Shown: piece after piece, positions 29,067-39,560 of the stretch | Position numbering within the stretch: position 1 is the stretch's first letter | Layout: every line of letters starts with the position of its first letter | From: Deferribacterales bacterium | GTDB taxonomy: Bacteria; Chrysiogenota; Deferribacteres; Deferribacterales; Geovibrionaceae | Length of the DNA: 64,000 bases | Reading direction: 5' to 3' | Assembly (NCBI GenBank): GCA_050251945.1 | Contig: JBFWLW010000005.1 | Coordinates: 96,001 to 160,000 of the forward strand | The notes under the pieces: model-generated | Database searches by the model: none | Seen by the model: the letters and a program-made list of their open reading frames with translations, nothing else | What the model was told of the DNA's origin: nothing | Translations under genes and position numbers: made by a program

Positions 29067-29096
29067 TTGACCTGCGGAAAATCTTTGTGGTATAAT
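29067..29096 (+). promoter_or_regulatory. sigma70 promoter with extended -10, probably giving a leaderless mRNA
   Basis: TTGACC-N18-TATAAT with TG extension; ATG 29103 lies 6 nt after the -10. Confidence 0.7.
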
Positions 29097-29102
29097 CTAC
29101 AC

Positions 29103-29915
29103 ATGAAAAAAATAGCATGTTTTATTAATGATAGCAACCTCTTGGAGAGAGTTAAGCAATTTTGCGCATTGGAAAGGTTTCAGGACGAGATGATCTGCGA
29201 CCCTTCCCAGTTCGTCTATGACGTTGCAACAGTGCTTTATATCACAGATAATTCCGAAGCTCTCGCACCGGAGGGTATCAAAGATATAAAAGTATGCTAT
29301 GTCGGAGAGGAAAGACCGAAAGACGCGAAAATGCTCTTTATTCCTTTGGATTTCAAATTCATCCATATGCGTCTGCTGGTGGATGCCGTTATCCACAACG
29401 GCTGTTTTGAACCCAGCATAGCCTCCGTTCTGCCTGAGTTTCTGCATCAGTCGTTCAGGATAAAAAACGACATATTTAACGTAGAGCGCATCGTTTATGC
29501 ACTTACAAAAGACTTTGTGTATTTCCTTAATTTTCAGTCGCTTGAAAAAGTGCGGGTGGGGCTTGCGGAGATGCTTACGAACGCCATCGAGCATGGCAAT
29601 CTCGGCATCACTGGCGAAGAGAAGATGCACGCCACGGAGAGCGGCACCTATTACGACCTCGTCAGCACCAGAATGAGCGATATCTATTACATGTCCAGAC
29701 ATGCTACTTTCACATATTACGTTGATGCACAGGGGCTTAAAATGAGCCTTGAGGACGAAGGCGAAGGATTCAACGTTAACAGCCTTCCGGATCCCACGGA
29801 TCCCGAAAGTCTGCTTAAACTCCACGGGCGCGGGATTCTTATCACCAGAATGTACTTTGATGAAGTGAAATATAACGACAAAGGGAACCTCGTTTCCCTT
29901 TCCAAGAGGTTTTGA
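29103..29915 (+). CDS. RsbW-like HATPase_c_2 (anti-sigma-factor-type Ser/Thr kinase) with degenerate N-terminal domain
   Basis: EMLTNAIEHGN, EDEGEGF, LPDPTDPESL..HGRGI, YNDKGN. Confidence 0.85.
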   Translation: MKKIACFINDSNLLERVKQFCALERFQDEMICDPSQFVYDVATVLYITDNSEALAPEGIKDIKVCYVGEERPKDAKMLFIPLDFKFIHMRLLVDAVIHNGCFEPSIASVLPEFLHQSFRIKNDIFNVERIVYALTKDFVYFLNFQSLEKVRVGLAEMLTNAIEHGNLGITGEEKMHATESGTYYDLVSTRMSDIYYMSRHATFTYYVDAQGLKMSLEDEGEGFNVNSLPDPTDPESLLKLHGRGILITRMYFDEVKYNDKGNLVSLSKRF

Positions 29916-30724
29916 TGCTATATCTCCTCGGCACCAGAGGCACGCTGCCTGTTTCAGGGCAGAAATTCGTGAAATACGGCGGAAACACCACCTGTCTCAT
30001 GGCTCCGGTGGATGAAAAGACCTGTCTGATATTTGACGGCGGCACCGGCATCATGAGCCTTAACAAATACGATAATTTCGAGGAATTCCACATATTTCTG
30101 TCACATCTGCATTGGGATCATATCGTAGGCGTTCCAATTTTTCAGGCATTCTATAACTCCAAAAAAAAGATAAACATCTATCTCGAAAATAAAGAGACAC
30201 TGCACTCCACGGATATTCTGGACGTGCTGTTCAATCCGCCTTTTTTCCCTGTTCCGAAGTCAAAGCTGAGGGCTGAGATAAAGCTTAACCTCATTGAAGG
30301 GGGCGACCAGTTCCGCTTCGGCAATATTCAGATACATTCCGCAGACGGCAACCACCCGGACGGAGTGCTGATGTATAAGATAGTATTTCCTAATAAGAGC
30401 ATACTTTATACATCCGACTATGAACACGGAACCACTGTTGATGATTTTCTCATAGAGTTTGCTTACGGCTGTGATTACATGATATACGACACCACCTACT
30501 TTCCCGAAGAATACGCAGGCGGGAACGGGCTTACCGGCAAGGTGGGCTGGGGACATTCGACATATCTTCAAGGGATAGAGTTCGCCAAAAAGGCGAATGT
30601 GAAAAACCTTGTAATGGCTCACCACAATCCTGATTACGACGATATTATGCTGGACGAGATGCAGATAATGGCTCGGAGGCTGTTTCCCAGCTCAATAGCC
30701 GCCTATGACGGCATGATCCTTTGA
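29915..30724 (+). CDS. MBL-fold metallo-hydrolase (phosphodiesterase-like)
   Basis: GTRGT..YGGNTTC, FDGGTG, SHLHWDH, SDYEH, WGHS, HHNP; TGATG overlap with the upstream gene. Confidence 0.9.
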   Translation: MLYLLGTRGTLPVSGQKFVKYGGNTTCLMAPVDEKTCLIFDGGTGIMSLNKYDNFEEFHIFLSHLHWDHIVGVPIFQAFYNSKKKINIYLENKETLHSTDILDVLFNPPFFPVPKSKLRAEIKLNLIEGGDQFRFGNIQIHSADGNHPDGVLMYKIVFPNKSILYTSDYEHGTTVDDFLIEFAYGCDYMIYDTTYFPEEYAGGNGLTGKVGWGHSTYLQGIEFAKKANVKNLVMAHHNPDYDDIMLDEMQIMARRLFPSSIAAYDGMIL

Positions 30725-30849
30725 AATTGCTGTTGATATGCTTCGCATAACTGCGTCAGTTTACTTTCACTCGCAACACATACTCGTATGTATGCTTTTG
30801 CTCGTTTTAAGTAAGCCTTCCTTGCTCTGCTCGCATCTGAACAGCAATT
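30725..30849. repeat. Family B long-hairpin repeat
   Basis: AATTGCTGTT/AACAGCAATT termini; CTTCGCA..CTGCGTCAG / CTTCCTTG..TGCTCG; apical CATAC/GTATG. Confidence 0.85.
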
Positions 30850-30850
30850 A

Positions 30851-30986
30851 TTGTTTTTCGTAACACTTCGCATTTCTTCTTTGTCCTCAAAAACATTCGC
30901 TTCATTTTTGCGAATGTTTCTGCACCGAGCTAGCTGAAAACAATCTGCCTCACATACTCTTATGTATGCTCGGTTCTAAAAGGCAA
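30851..30986. repeat. Family B repeat, rearranged copy (internal insertion plus deletion)
   Basis: TAACACTTCGCATTTCTTC and GCTCGGTTCTAAAAGG are identical to the 18124 copy. Confidence 0.8.
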
Positions 30987-31005
30987 TTGATAAACAGTGG
31001 TTTTT

Positions 31006-31034
31006 GTTTCTGCGAGGAACGGAGTGACATGGCA
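31006..31034 (+). repeat. Degenerate family A repeat
   Basis: GTTTCTGCGAGGAACGGAGTGACATGGCA. Confidence 0.6.
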
Positions 31035-31050
31035 TTTTTTTTCTTTGACG

Positions 31051-31545
31051 TCATCTCTTTTTCCACGGCTTAAACACTGAAACGTATATTGTAAATATTA
31101 TTATTCCGTTTTGGACGGAGCCGAATATCAGATTCATTTTCTGGTTATAGAGATATGCAGTGTCTGTAAGTGCGGCAATGCCCAGTTTGCCTGAGATAAG
31201 CATCATATTTTTTTCCCATACTCCAAGATAAAAGGTTCCGAAAAGGATTGCAGATACGGTTACAACCCATTTAAACGTTAGCCAGTAATGTTTAAAGAAC
31301 CCCCAGTTGGTAAGCATGGAGTATAACAGACCTGTTATAAGGCATCCGATAGCTCCGAATAACACGACTATATATGTATCAATGAAATGAATACTGCTGT
31401 TAATACCGTAAAGCTCGCCGCCGTCAGTCACCCCCTGTTTCATGAAATACATAAGGCACATTGTGAATCCGCCGACAGCCCAGCATGCCGCAGTAAAAAT
31501 ATGTATTGTTTTCAATATCTTCTGTCCGTTTGTGCTTAGTTTCAT
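31051..31545 (-). CDS. Four-TM integral membrane protein (DUF2269-like)
   Basis: LKTIHI..W, TNWGFFKHYW..FKW, C-terminal SVFKPW. Confidence 0.75.
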   Translation of the reverse strand: MKLSTNGQKILKTIHIFTAACWAVGGFTMCLMYFMKQGVTDGGELYGINSSIHFIDTYIVVLFGAIGCLITGLLYSMLTNWGFFKHYWLTFKWVVTVSAILFGTFYLGVWEKNMMLISGKLGIAALTDTAYLYNQKMNLIFGSVQNGIIIFTIYVSVFKPWKKR

Positions 31546-31564
31546 GGATTAAACCTCCAGTTTG

Positions 31565-31605
31565 TATTGACAATATGCTGTCATAATGACATTGTATTGT
31601 CAATA
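31565..31605. promoter_or_regulatory. Tandem palindromic operators (2x TGACA-N6-TGTCA) between the divergent membrane protein and MarR genes
   Basis: TATTGACAATATGCTGTCATAATGACATTGTATTGTCAATA; contains TTGACA on both strands. Confidence 0.75.
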
Positions 31606-31624
31606 ATAAAGTTGAGGTGAAGTT

Positions 31625-32068
31625 ATGCAGCATTCGGAAGCCGGGTTGAAATATACAGATCTTATACTGGCGGTGTTCAGGCTGAACGGACAGCTTATTC
31701 TTGAAGGTGACAGACTTGCGAAAGAGGATGGGCTGACCAGCGCAAAATGGCACGTTATGGGTGCATTGATATATTTCGGCGAACAGAATATTACAGTTTC
31801 GCGAATTGCATCCAGAATGGGACTGAGAAGGCAGGGTGTTCAGAGGATTGTCAACGAGTTATACGAAAAAGGTCTGGTTATTTTTGAGGATAATCCTTAT
31901 CACAAAAAAGCCAAACAGATAACCCCCACCGAAGAGGGAGTAAGAAGATTTAACTCCGTCATGGAGAAGCAGATTCCATGGGCAAACGGACATGGTGGAA
32001 GCTTGGGTGCGGTTGAACTTGAAACTGCACTTAAAGTGTTAAAAAATATCTCTGCAAGACTGCCTTAA
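31625..32068 (+). CDS. MarR-family regulator
   Basis: GLTSAKWHVMG, TVSRIASRMGLRRQGVQRIVNEL, NPYHKKA..TEEG. Confidence 0.92.
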   Translation: MQHSEAGLKYTDLILAVFRLNGQLILEGDRLAKEDGLTSAKWHVMGALIYFGEQNITVSRIASRMGLRRQGVQRIVNELYEKGLVIFEDNPYHKKAKQITPTEEGVRRFNSVMEKQIPWANGHGGSLGAVELETALKVLKNISARLP

Positions 32069-33255
32069 CTGCTTACAATCCTGTTTCGCCCTGACTGTTT
32101 AGCAGTATAAAGCCTTGCGTCGGCAAGTTTGATGGCGGATTCCGCCGTATCATCCGGTTTGAACTGAGCAATGCCGAAGCTTGCTGTGACATTGAACGAA
32201 CAGTCTTTCAGACTGAAATTTGTGGCTTCCAGTTTTTTGCGTATCATCTCCGAAACGTGGGTGGCGTTTCTTGCGTCGGCGTTCACTAACAATATCATAA
32301 ACTCCTCGCCGCCGTAGCGGAAGGCGAAGTCTGTTCTTCTTATATTCTCTTTTATAAGCTGCGACATATGTTTAAGCACCTGATCACCGACCTGGTGCCC
32401 ATAGGTGTCGTTGACTGATTTGAATTTATCAATGTCCGACATGACAATGCTGAAAGGGGTTCCCATTCTTTTGAAGCGGTCTATCTCTTCGGTCAGCTTC
32501 ATGTCCATATATTTGCGGTTGTAAAGCCCTGTCATGTGATCCTGAATGGATTCGTTCTTGTACTTGTTGAGGTCGGACTGAAGCTGGTTAACCTGATTTT
32601 TATACTGCTCCAGTTCGTTGTTTACGTTGGAATATTCGGTTGCGATGGTTCCTAGATGGTCCCTTTTTGTGGTTGTTTTCTGGTCGAAAGTGCTGACGAA
32701 TGACGAGAAAGAATCCAGCATCTTGGATTTAAGATACTCTATGGAGTCTTCGCTTTTAAGGATTCTGTGCATGTCCTGAGCCTCGTTAAGAAGCTTTTTG
32801 TCCATGGCGAGGTCTTTTTCAACGAATTCTATATTGTGACCCAGACTGCTTGTAAGGTCTGCCTGAAGATTTACGAATTTTGAGAAAACGTCGTCTATGA
32901 AGGTGCTGAACTTGTGCTGGCGCTTTTCAAGCGAAAGCAGGTGATCCGAAACGGTGCGCAAAAGAGCATCCATTGTTTCATCATGAGTCCTTTTCGGGTC
33001 GAAAACCATGTCTTCCACACTTTTAAGTCCCTGATCGGAAACGAAGCCGCGCAGAGGGGTGACGTATTTTAAAACATCGGATTTGTCTCCGCCGGTCATG
33101 ACGGTATGAACCAGATTTCTGAATTCGTTACTGTCCGAAAGATAATTTGAGATGGTTGATGACGATACTTTTGATTTTTCCGTAGCCATCTTTTTTAGAA
33201 CAGCCGTCACGATTTGCCCTAATTGAGCTGCCACATAAGCTGATTTATCCGCCAT
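32065..33255 (-). CDS. Diguanylate cyclase (GGEEF) with helical/coiled-coil N-terminus
   Basis: DHMTGLYNR, DIDKFKSVNDTYGHQVGD, RYGGEEF; start set at ATG 33255. Confidence 0.93.
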   Translation of the reverse strand: MADKSAYVAAQLGQIVTAVLKKMATEKSKVSSSTISNYLSDSNEFRNLVHTVMTGGDKSDVLKYVTPLRGFVSDQGLKSVEDMVFDPKRTHDETMDALLRTVSDHLLSLEKRQHKFSTFIDDVFSKFVNLQADLTSSLGHNIEFVEKDLAMDKKLLNEAQDMHRILKSEDSIEYLKSKMLDSFSSFVSTFDQKTTTKRDHLGTIATEYSNVNNELEQYKNQVNQLQSDLNKYKNESIQDHMTGLYNRKYMDMKLTEEIDRFKRMGTPFSIVMSDIDKFKSVNDTYGHQVGDQVLKHMSQLIKENIRRTDFAFRYGGEEFMILLVNADARNATHVSEMIRKKLEATNFSLKDCSFNVTASFGIAQFKPDDTAESAIKLADARLYTAKQSGRNRIVSS

Positions 33256-33394
33256 TTCCCCACCCTTAAAATTCATTTTAAGTATTATTTGACAAAAGCG
33301 ACAGTGATGCAACTACAAAATTATGTAATTTTAAACTATATTGCCCACATGTTTCTCTGCTTGATTTTTCATATGTAAAAGGGCAAAGTATCTG

Positions 33395-33423
33395 TTGACT
33401 TATACAGCAAGTTTTGATAAAAA
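33395..33423 (+). promoter_or_regulatory. Putative sigma70 promoter of the atp operon
   Basis: TTGACT-N17-TAAAAA with TG extension. Confidence 0.5.
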
Positions 33424-33493
33424 ATCTCTGACTTGTACACTGTATACAGAATACCGTTTTATAAATTCTGACCTACCGGAGGGGATTGCGTCC

Positions 33494-33916
33494 ATGCTTT
33501 ACATCGATTACACTTTAGCTATTCAAATTGTTCAGTTTCTGGTGATCATTTTTATCGGAAAGAAAATGATTCTCGATCCCGTCATGGGAACTGTGAACTC
33601 CCGCGATTCCAAAATCGAAGGTATGAAGCAGGAGGCAGAAAGCCTCAAAGCCAAAGTTGAACAATACAAAGTTGACTATACTGAAAAGATGGCTCAGATG
33701 CGCGTTGAGCTCACAGACCATCACAAAAAACTTAAAGATGATGCTTCAAAAGAGGCCGCAGCAAAGGTTGCCGCTGTTAAGGCGGACGTTGATGCGAAGA
33801 TCCTCTCAGCCCGTGCTGAGATCCAGGCCGAATCTGCCAAAGCGAAAGCTGAAATGGATTCAATGGTGAAAGAGATCTCAGATCTTATCGCAGACAGAAT
33901 AATGCTTTCCGCATAA
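33494..33916 (+). CDS. ATP synthase F0 subunit b'
   Basis: N-terminal TM plus charged coiled coil; GGAGGGG SD before ATG 33494; first gene of the atp cluster. Confidence 0.88.
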   Translation: MLYIDYTLAIQIVQFLVIIFIGKKMILDPVMGTVNSRDSKIEGMKQEAESLKAKVEQYKVDYTEKMAQMRVELTDHHKKLKDDASKEAAAKVAAVKADVDAKILSARAEIQAESAKAKAEMDSMVKEISDLIADRIMLSA

Positions 33917-33934
33917 TACCTTTAGGGGGATATA

Positions 33935-34507
33935 GTGAAAAAGGTTCTTACAGCACTATCGCTTGGACTTGTGTCCTTTGCGGCTTTCGCAGCCGAACAC
34001 GGCGGCGAACACGCACCGGACATGCACGCGCTCTGGAAAAACTTCGGTTTCAGAGTTATCGTGTTCGTCCTTCTTGTTGTTATCCTTGTTAAACTCGCTA
34101 AAAAACCTCTTCTTGATTTCCTCGACAAGAGAACCGCTGACATCGAAAAAGCAATTAAAGATGCTCAGGATGCCACAGCAAACGCAAAAACGGAGCTTGT
34201 CAATTATGAAATTAAGATGAAAGGTTTTGAAAAAGATCTTGAAACAATGAAAGAAAATTCTCTCAAAGCAGCAGAGGCAGAAAAAGCTATGATTCTGGAA
34301 GACGCTGCGAAACAGGCTGATAAGCTTAAGTCATTTGCAGAGAGTCTCATTGATTCGGAACTTAAAAGAGCCAAGGTTCAGCTTAAGAAAGATGCCGTTA
34401 TGGCTGCAATCGCAGCCGCAGAGGCTAAGATCGGTAAAGAGCTTGATGCCGACAGACAGAAAAAGATTCTTGATGATTACATCAGAAAGATCGAGGTGGC
34501 AGGGTGA
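33935..34507 (+). CDS. atpF: ATP synthase F0 subunit b
   Basis: TM then KPLLDFLDKR..I coiled coil; position in the operon. Confidence 0.9.
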   Translation: MKKVLTALSLGLVSFAAFAAEHGGEHAPDMHALWKNFGFRVIVFVLLVVILVKLAKKPLLDFLDKRTADIEKAIKDAQDATANAKTELVNYEIKMKGFEKDLETMKENSLKAAEAEKAMILEDAAKQADKLKSFAESLIDSELKRAKVQLKKDAVMAAIAAAEAKIGKELDADRQKKILDDYIRKIEVAG

Positions 34508-35040
34508 AAGAGAACATAGTTGCCGCACGCTACGCCGATGCTCTTTTTCAGGAGGCAAAGGCAGAGAACAAACTGGATCAGGTCATTGCACAGCTTGCGG
34601 ATGTTTCTTCCGCATATGAGCAGTCCGAAGATTTCAAAATGCTTATCAAAAGCCCTCTCATCGGGAAAGCCGAAAAACAGGCTGTTGTTGACGTGCTGAA
34701 ATCTAAAGGCATGATCGATGAATTTCTTTACAAATTCCTTAAACTTCTCGTCAGCAAGAACAGACTCGGTCTGCTCGAGTATATTTCGACAGAAGTGAAA
34801 GCTATGGACAGAAAAGCAAAGGGCGAGGCGGAAGCTGTCGTCACAGTGGCTGCCGCTATGGATGAAAAATCCAAAAGCACACTGAAAGCCGTTCTGGACA
34901 AAATCACAGGTAAAAAGATTACTATTTTGGAAAAAGTTGACCACACTATCCTCGGCGGCGTTGTCGCTCAGGTGGACAGCAGTCTGTATGACGCCAGCGT
35001 CAGAGGACAGCTTAATAAGATTAAAGAACAGTTGGTATAA
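34504..35040 (+). CDS. atpH: ATP synthase F1 delta subunit
   Basis: VAARYADALF, ILGGVVAQV..YDASVRGQL. Confidence 0.95.
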   Translation: MKENIVAARYADALFQEAKAENKLDQVIAQLADVSSAYEQSEDFKMLIKSPLIGKAEKQAVVDVLKSKGMIDEFLYKFLKLLVSKNRLGLLEYISTEVKAMDRKAKGEAEAVVTVAAAMDEKSKSTLKAVLDKITGKKITILEKVDHTILGGVVAQVDSSLYDASVRGQLNKIKEQLV

Positions 35041-35061
35041 ATAATTTAAGGAGATTGGCTA

Positions 35062-36570
35062 ATGCAGATCAAAGCCGAAGAGATAAGCCAGATCATTCGT
35101 GATCAGATTAAAAACTTCGACCAGAAAGTTGAGATGCAGGAAGTCGGTACCATCATCACTGCCGGTGACGGTATCGCTAAGGTATATGGTCTCGACAACG
35201 CAATGGCGGGAGAGCTTATTGAGCTTCCCGGCGGAGTTTACGGCATTGTGTTCAACCTTGAGCAGGACAATGTCGGTTTAGTTATTATGGGAGATTATCA
35301 GCACATCGGTGAAGGCGACACAGTCAAAAGAACAGGCAGAATTGCATCTGTTCCCGTTGGCGAAGCACTCATCGGACGCGTTGTTAACGCCCTCGGACAA
35401 CCTATCGACGGCAAAGGCGCTATCGACACTAAAGAGTTCGACGTTATAGAAAAGGTTGCCCCCGGTATCATCAAAAGACAACCCGTACATCAGCCTGTTC
35501 AGACAGGTATCAAAGCTATCGACTCCATGATACCCATCGGAAGAGGACAGAGAGAGCTTATCATCGGCGACCGTCAGACAGGTAAAACTGCCATCGCCCT
35601 TGACACTATCATAAACCAGAAAGGTCAGGACATGATCTGCGTTTATGTTGCTATCGGTCAGAAAAGATCGACAGTTGCAAGAGTTGTGGATACTCTGGAG
35701 AAACACGGGGCAATGGACTACACAATCGTGGTTTCAGCTTCCGCTTCAGACCCCGCATCAATGCAGTACATCGCACCCCTTGCAGGTACTACAATGGGTG
35801 AGTTCTTCAGAGACAGAGGCAAACACGCCCTTGTTATCTATGATGACCTTTCAAAACAGGCGACAGCTTACAGACAGATGTCACTGCTTCTGAGACGCCC
35901 CCCCGGTCGTGAAGCATACCCCGGCGACGTTTTCTATCTTCACTCACGTCTGCTTGAAAGAGCGGCAAAACTTTCTGATGCTGAAGGTGCAGGTTCACTT
36001 ACCGCACTTCCCATCATCGAAACACAGGCGAGTGACGTTTCCGCATACATCCCCACTAACGTTATCTCCATCACCGATGGTCAGATATTCCTTGAGACAG
36101 ACCTTTTCTACTCAGGTATCCGTCCCGCGGTAAACGTTGGTATCTCAGTTTCAAGGGTTGGCGGTTCAGCGCAGATCAAAGCTATGAAACAGGTAGCAGG
36201 ACGTCTGAGACTTGACCTTGCACAGTTCCGTGAACTTGCGGCATTCGCACAGTTCGGTTCTGACCTTGACGCTGCAACACAGGCACAGCTTAACCGCGGT
36301 GCAAAGCTTGTTGAAATCCTGAAACAGGGACAGTACAAACCTTGTAATGTCGCTGAACAGATTGCAATTATATTCGCAGGCGTTAACGGACTTCTTGATG
36401 ATGTTGCTACTGCTTCTCTTGCTAAGTTTGAAGCTGAATACGTTTCATACCTTAAGAGCAGCAAAGCGGATATCCTTGAAGAAATCGTCACTAAGAAGAC
36501 TATCTCCGATGAACTTACAGCTAAGATGAAAGCTGCTGTTGCGGAGTTTAAAAAAATCTTCTCAGCATAA
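35062..36570 (+). CDS. atpA: ATP synthase F1 alpha subunit
   Basis: [31 protein letters not shown]. Confidence 0.98.
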   Translation: MQIKAEEISQIIRDQIKNFDQKVEMQEVGTIITAGDGIAKVYGLDNAMAGELIELPGGVYGIVFNLEQDNVGLVIMGDYQHIGEGDTVKRTGRIASVPVGEALIGRVVNALGQPIDGKGAIDTKEFDVIEKVAPGIIKRQPVHQPVQTGIKAIDSMIPIGRGQRELIIGDRQTGKTAIALDTIINQKGQDMICVYVAIGQKRSTVARVVDTLEKHGAMDYTIVVSASASDPASMQYIAPLAGTTMGEFFRDRGKHALVIYDDLSKQATAYRQMSLLLRRPPGREAYPGDVFYLHSRLLERAAKLSDAEGAGSLTALPIIETQASDVSAYIPTNVISITDGQIFLETDLFYSGIRPAVNVGISVSRVGGSAQIKAMKQVAGRLRLDLAQFRELAAFAQFGSDLDAATQAQLNRGAKLVEILKQGQYKPCNVAEQIAIIFAGVNGLLDDVATASLAKFEAEYVSYLKSSKADILEEIVTKKTISDELTAKMKAAVAEFKKIFSA

Positions 36571-36581
36571 GGAGCTGTTAA

Positions 36582-37445
36582 ATGCCGGGTGTAATGGACA
36601 TAAAACGGAAAATCAAATCCGTTAAAAATACGCAGAAGATCACGAAAGCGATGAAAATGGTTTCTGCCGCCCGTATGAGAAAAGCGGAAGAATCCATGAC
36701 CAACGCAAGAGCTTATGCGAACAAGATTTATGAACTTGTCGGCGATATGGCCGGCAGAGTGGAGGCCGACAGCCATCCTTTTCTCACCGCGAGAAAAGAG
36801 GTTAAGAACGTTTGCCTCGCCATTATAACCAGCGACAAGGGTCTTTGCGGTGCGTTCAATTCAAACGTGGTAAAAAAGACGCTTGCGTTTGCAAGGGAAA
36901 ACCAGGACAAGAACATCAAACTTGTTTGCATTGGAAAGAAAGGTTTTGACTTCCTCGGCAAAAAACATTTTGAAGTTCTTTCAAAATACGTTTCCTTCGG
37001 CGGAAAGGTAACTTACGACGAAGCGAACGAAATAGGCGATAAACTTGCCGAACTCTACCTCAACGAGGATGCAGATGAAATCTACATCGTCCACAACGAG
37101 TTCAGGTCAACCGCCTTTCAGGTTGCGAAAGTGACCAAGGTTCTCCCGCTCTCTTTGGGAAAGAAAGAGGACGCTGCGGATGACACAGATTATATCTATG
37201 AACCCAAAGCCGAAGCTCTTCTTAAAGAGATAATGCCCAGATATATCCACTTCACCGTGTTCTTCTCCATTCTGGAGTCGATAGCAGGTGAGCACGGATC
37301 AAGGATGGTCGCTATGGACAACGCCGCAAGAAATGCCGGCGAGGTTATCAACAAACTGACGCTTACCTTCAACAAGGCACGTCAGGGCGCGATCACCAAA
37401 GAGATTCTGGACATTGTGAACGGTGCTGAAGCACTCAACGGATAG
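36582..37445 (+). CDS. atpG: ATP synthase F1 gamma subunit
   Basis: KITKAMKMVSAA, SDKGLCGAFN, NKARQGAITKEI. Confidence 0.97.
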   Translation: MPGVMDIKRKIKSVKNTQKITKAMKMVSAARMRKAEESMTNARAYANKIYELVGDMAGRVEADSHPFLTARKEVKNVCLAIITSDKGLCGAFNSNVVKKTLAFARENQDKNIKLVCIGKKGFDFLGKKHFEVLSKYVSFGGKVTYDEANEIGDKLAELYLNEDADEIYIVHNEFRSTAFQVAKVTKVLPLSLGKKEDAADDTDYIYEPKAEALLKEIMPRYIHFTVFFSILESIAGEHGSRMVAMDNAARNAGEVINKLTLTFNKARQGAITKEILDIVNGAEALNG

Positions 37446-37461
37446 TAGAAAATTACAATAA

Positions 37462-38882
<1,421 letters not shown>

Positions 38883-38883
<1 letters not shown>

Positions 38884-39308
38884 TGGCGGAGACAATCAGG
38901 CTTGAACTTGTTACTCCGGTGAGACAAATTCTCTCCGAGGATGTAGACGAAGTGATAGCACCCGGCGTGGAGGGCGACCTTGGCGTTCTGCCCGAACACG
39001 CACCTCTCCTTACAGCTTTGAGAGTAGGAGAGCTTGCTTACAGAATTAAAGGCAAACTCGAATACGTTGCGATAGTCGGCGGCGGATTCCTTGAGGTTAA
39101 CAACAACAAGGTTATCGTACTTGCCGATGATGCCGAACTTGGTCATGAAATTGACCTTGAAGAGGCTATTCAGCGAAAACTTAAAGCAGAAGCGGCTCTT
39201 GAAAGTGAGCGTAAAGCTGACGAGAAAACATTCAAGGCTGTGGAGATTGAGCTTATGAAAGAGCTCATCAGAGTGCAGATCGCTGAGAAGTATAAGGGAG
39301 CCAAGTAA
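38883..39308 (+). CDS. atpC: ATP synthase F1 epsilon subunit
   Basis: LVTP, GDLGVLPEHAPLLTAL, GGFLEV. Confidence 0.96.
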
Positions 39309-39331
39309 GACTTCTTTAACAACTAAAGATT

Positions 39332-39363
39332 AAAAGGCAGACTTAACATAGTCTGCCTTTTTT
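39332..39363 (+). terminator. Rho-independent terminator of the atp operon
   Basis: AAAAGGCAGACT-TAACAT-AGTCTGCCTTTTTT. Confidence 0.9.
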
Positions 39364-39366
39364 GTT

Positions 39367-39490
39367 ATTTAACGTTTATATGCGGCGCATTACGGCGTCA
39401 GTTTTTTAATCTCTCGGTAATGTACTTATATGTACACTCCCCTTCGTGATTAAAAATCTTCCTTGTACTGCTTGCATCTAAACGCTAAAT
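39367..39490. repeat. Family B long-hairpin repeat
   Basis: ATTTA.CGTTTA/TAAACG.TAAAT termini; TGCGGCGCA..CGGCGTCAG / CTTCCTTG..TGCTTGCA; apical TGTAC/GTACA. Confidence 0.85.
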
Positions 39491-39505
39491 TTAGATGCTG
39501 ATGCG

Positions 39506-39539
39506 GTCTCTGCTAGGAGCTGCAGCGACGCGGCAGTCT
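39506..39539 (+). repeat. Family A repeat (short)
   Basis: GTCTCTGCTAGGAGCTGCAGCGACGCGGCAGTCT. Confidence 0.8.
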
Positions 39540-39560
39540 ATCTTATTATAGGTGCGCTAC

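Noticed and set aside
33380..33420. c-di-GMP-I riboswitch (GGGCAAA) next to the diguanylate cyclase
   Set aside because: No GNRA-capped P2 stem or second GCAAA follows; the region reads as the atp promoter.
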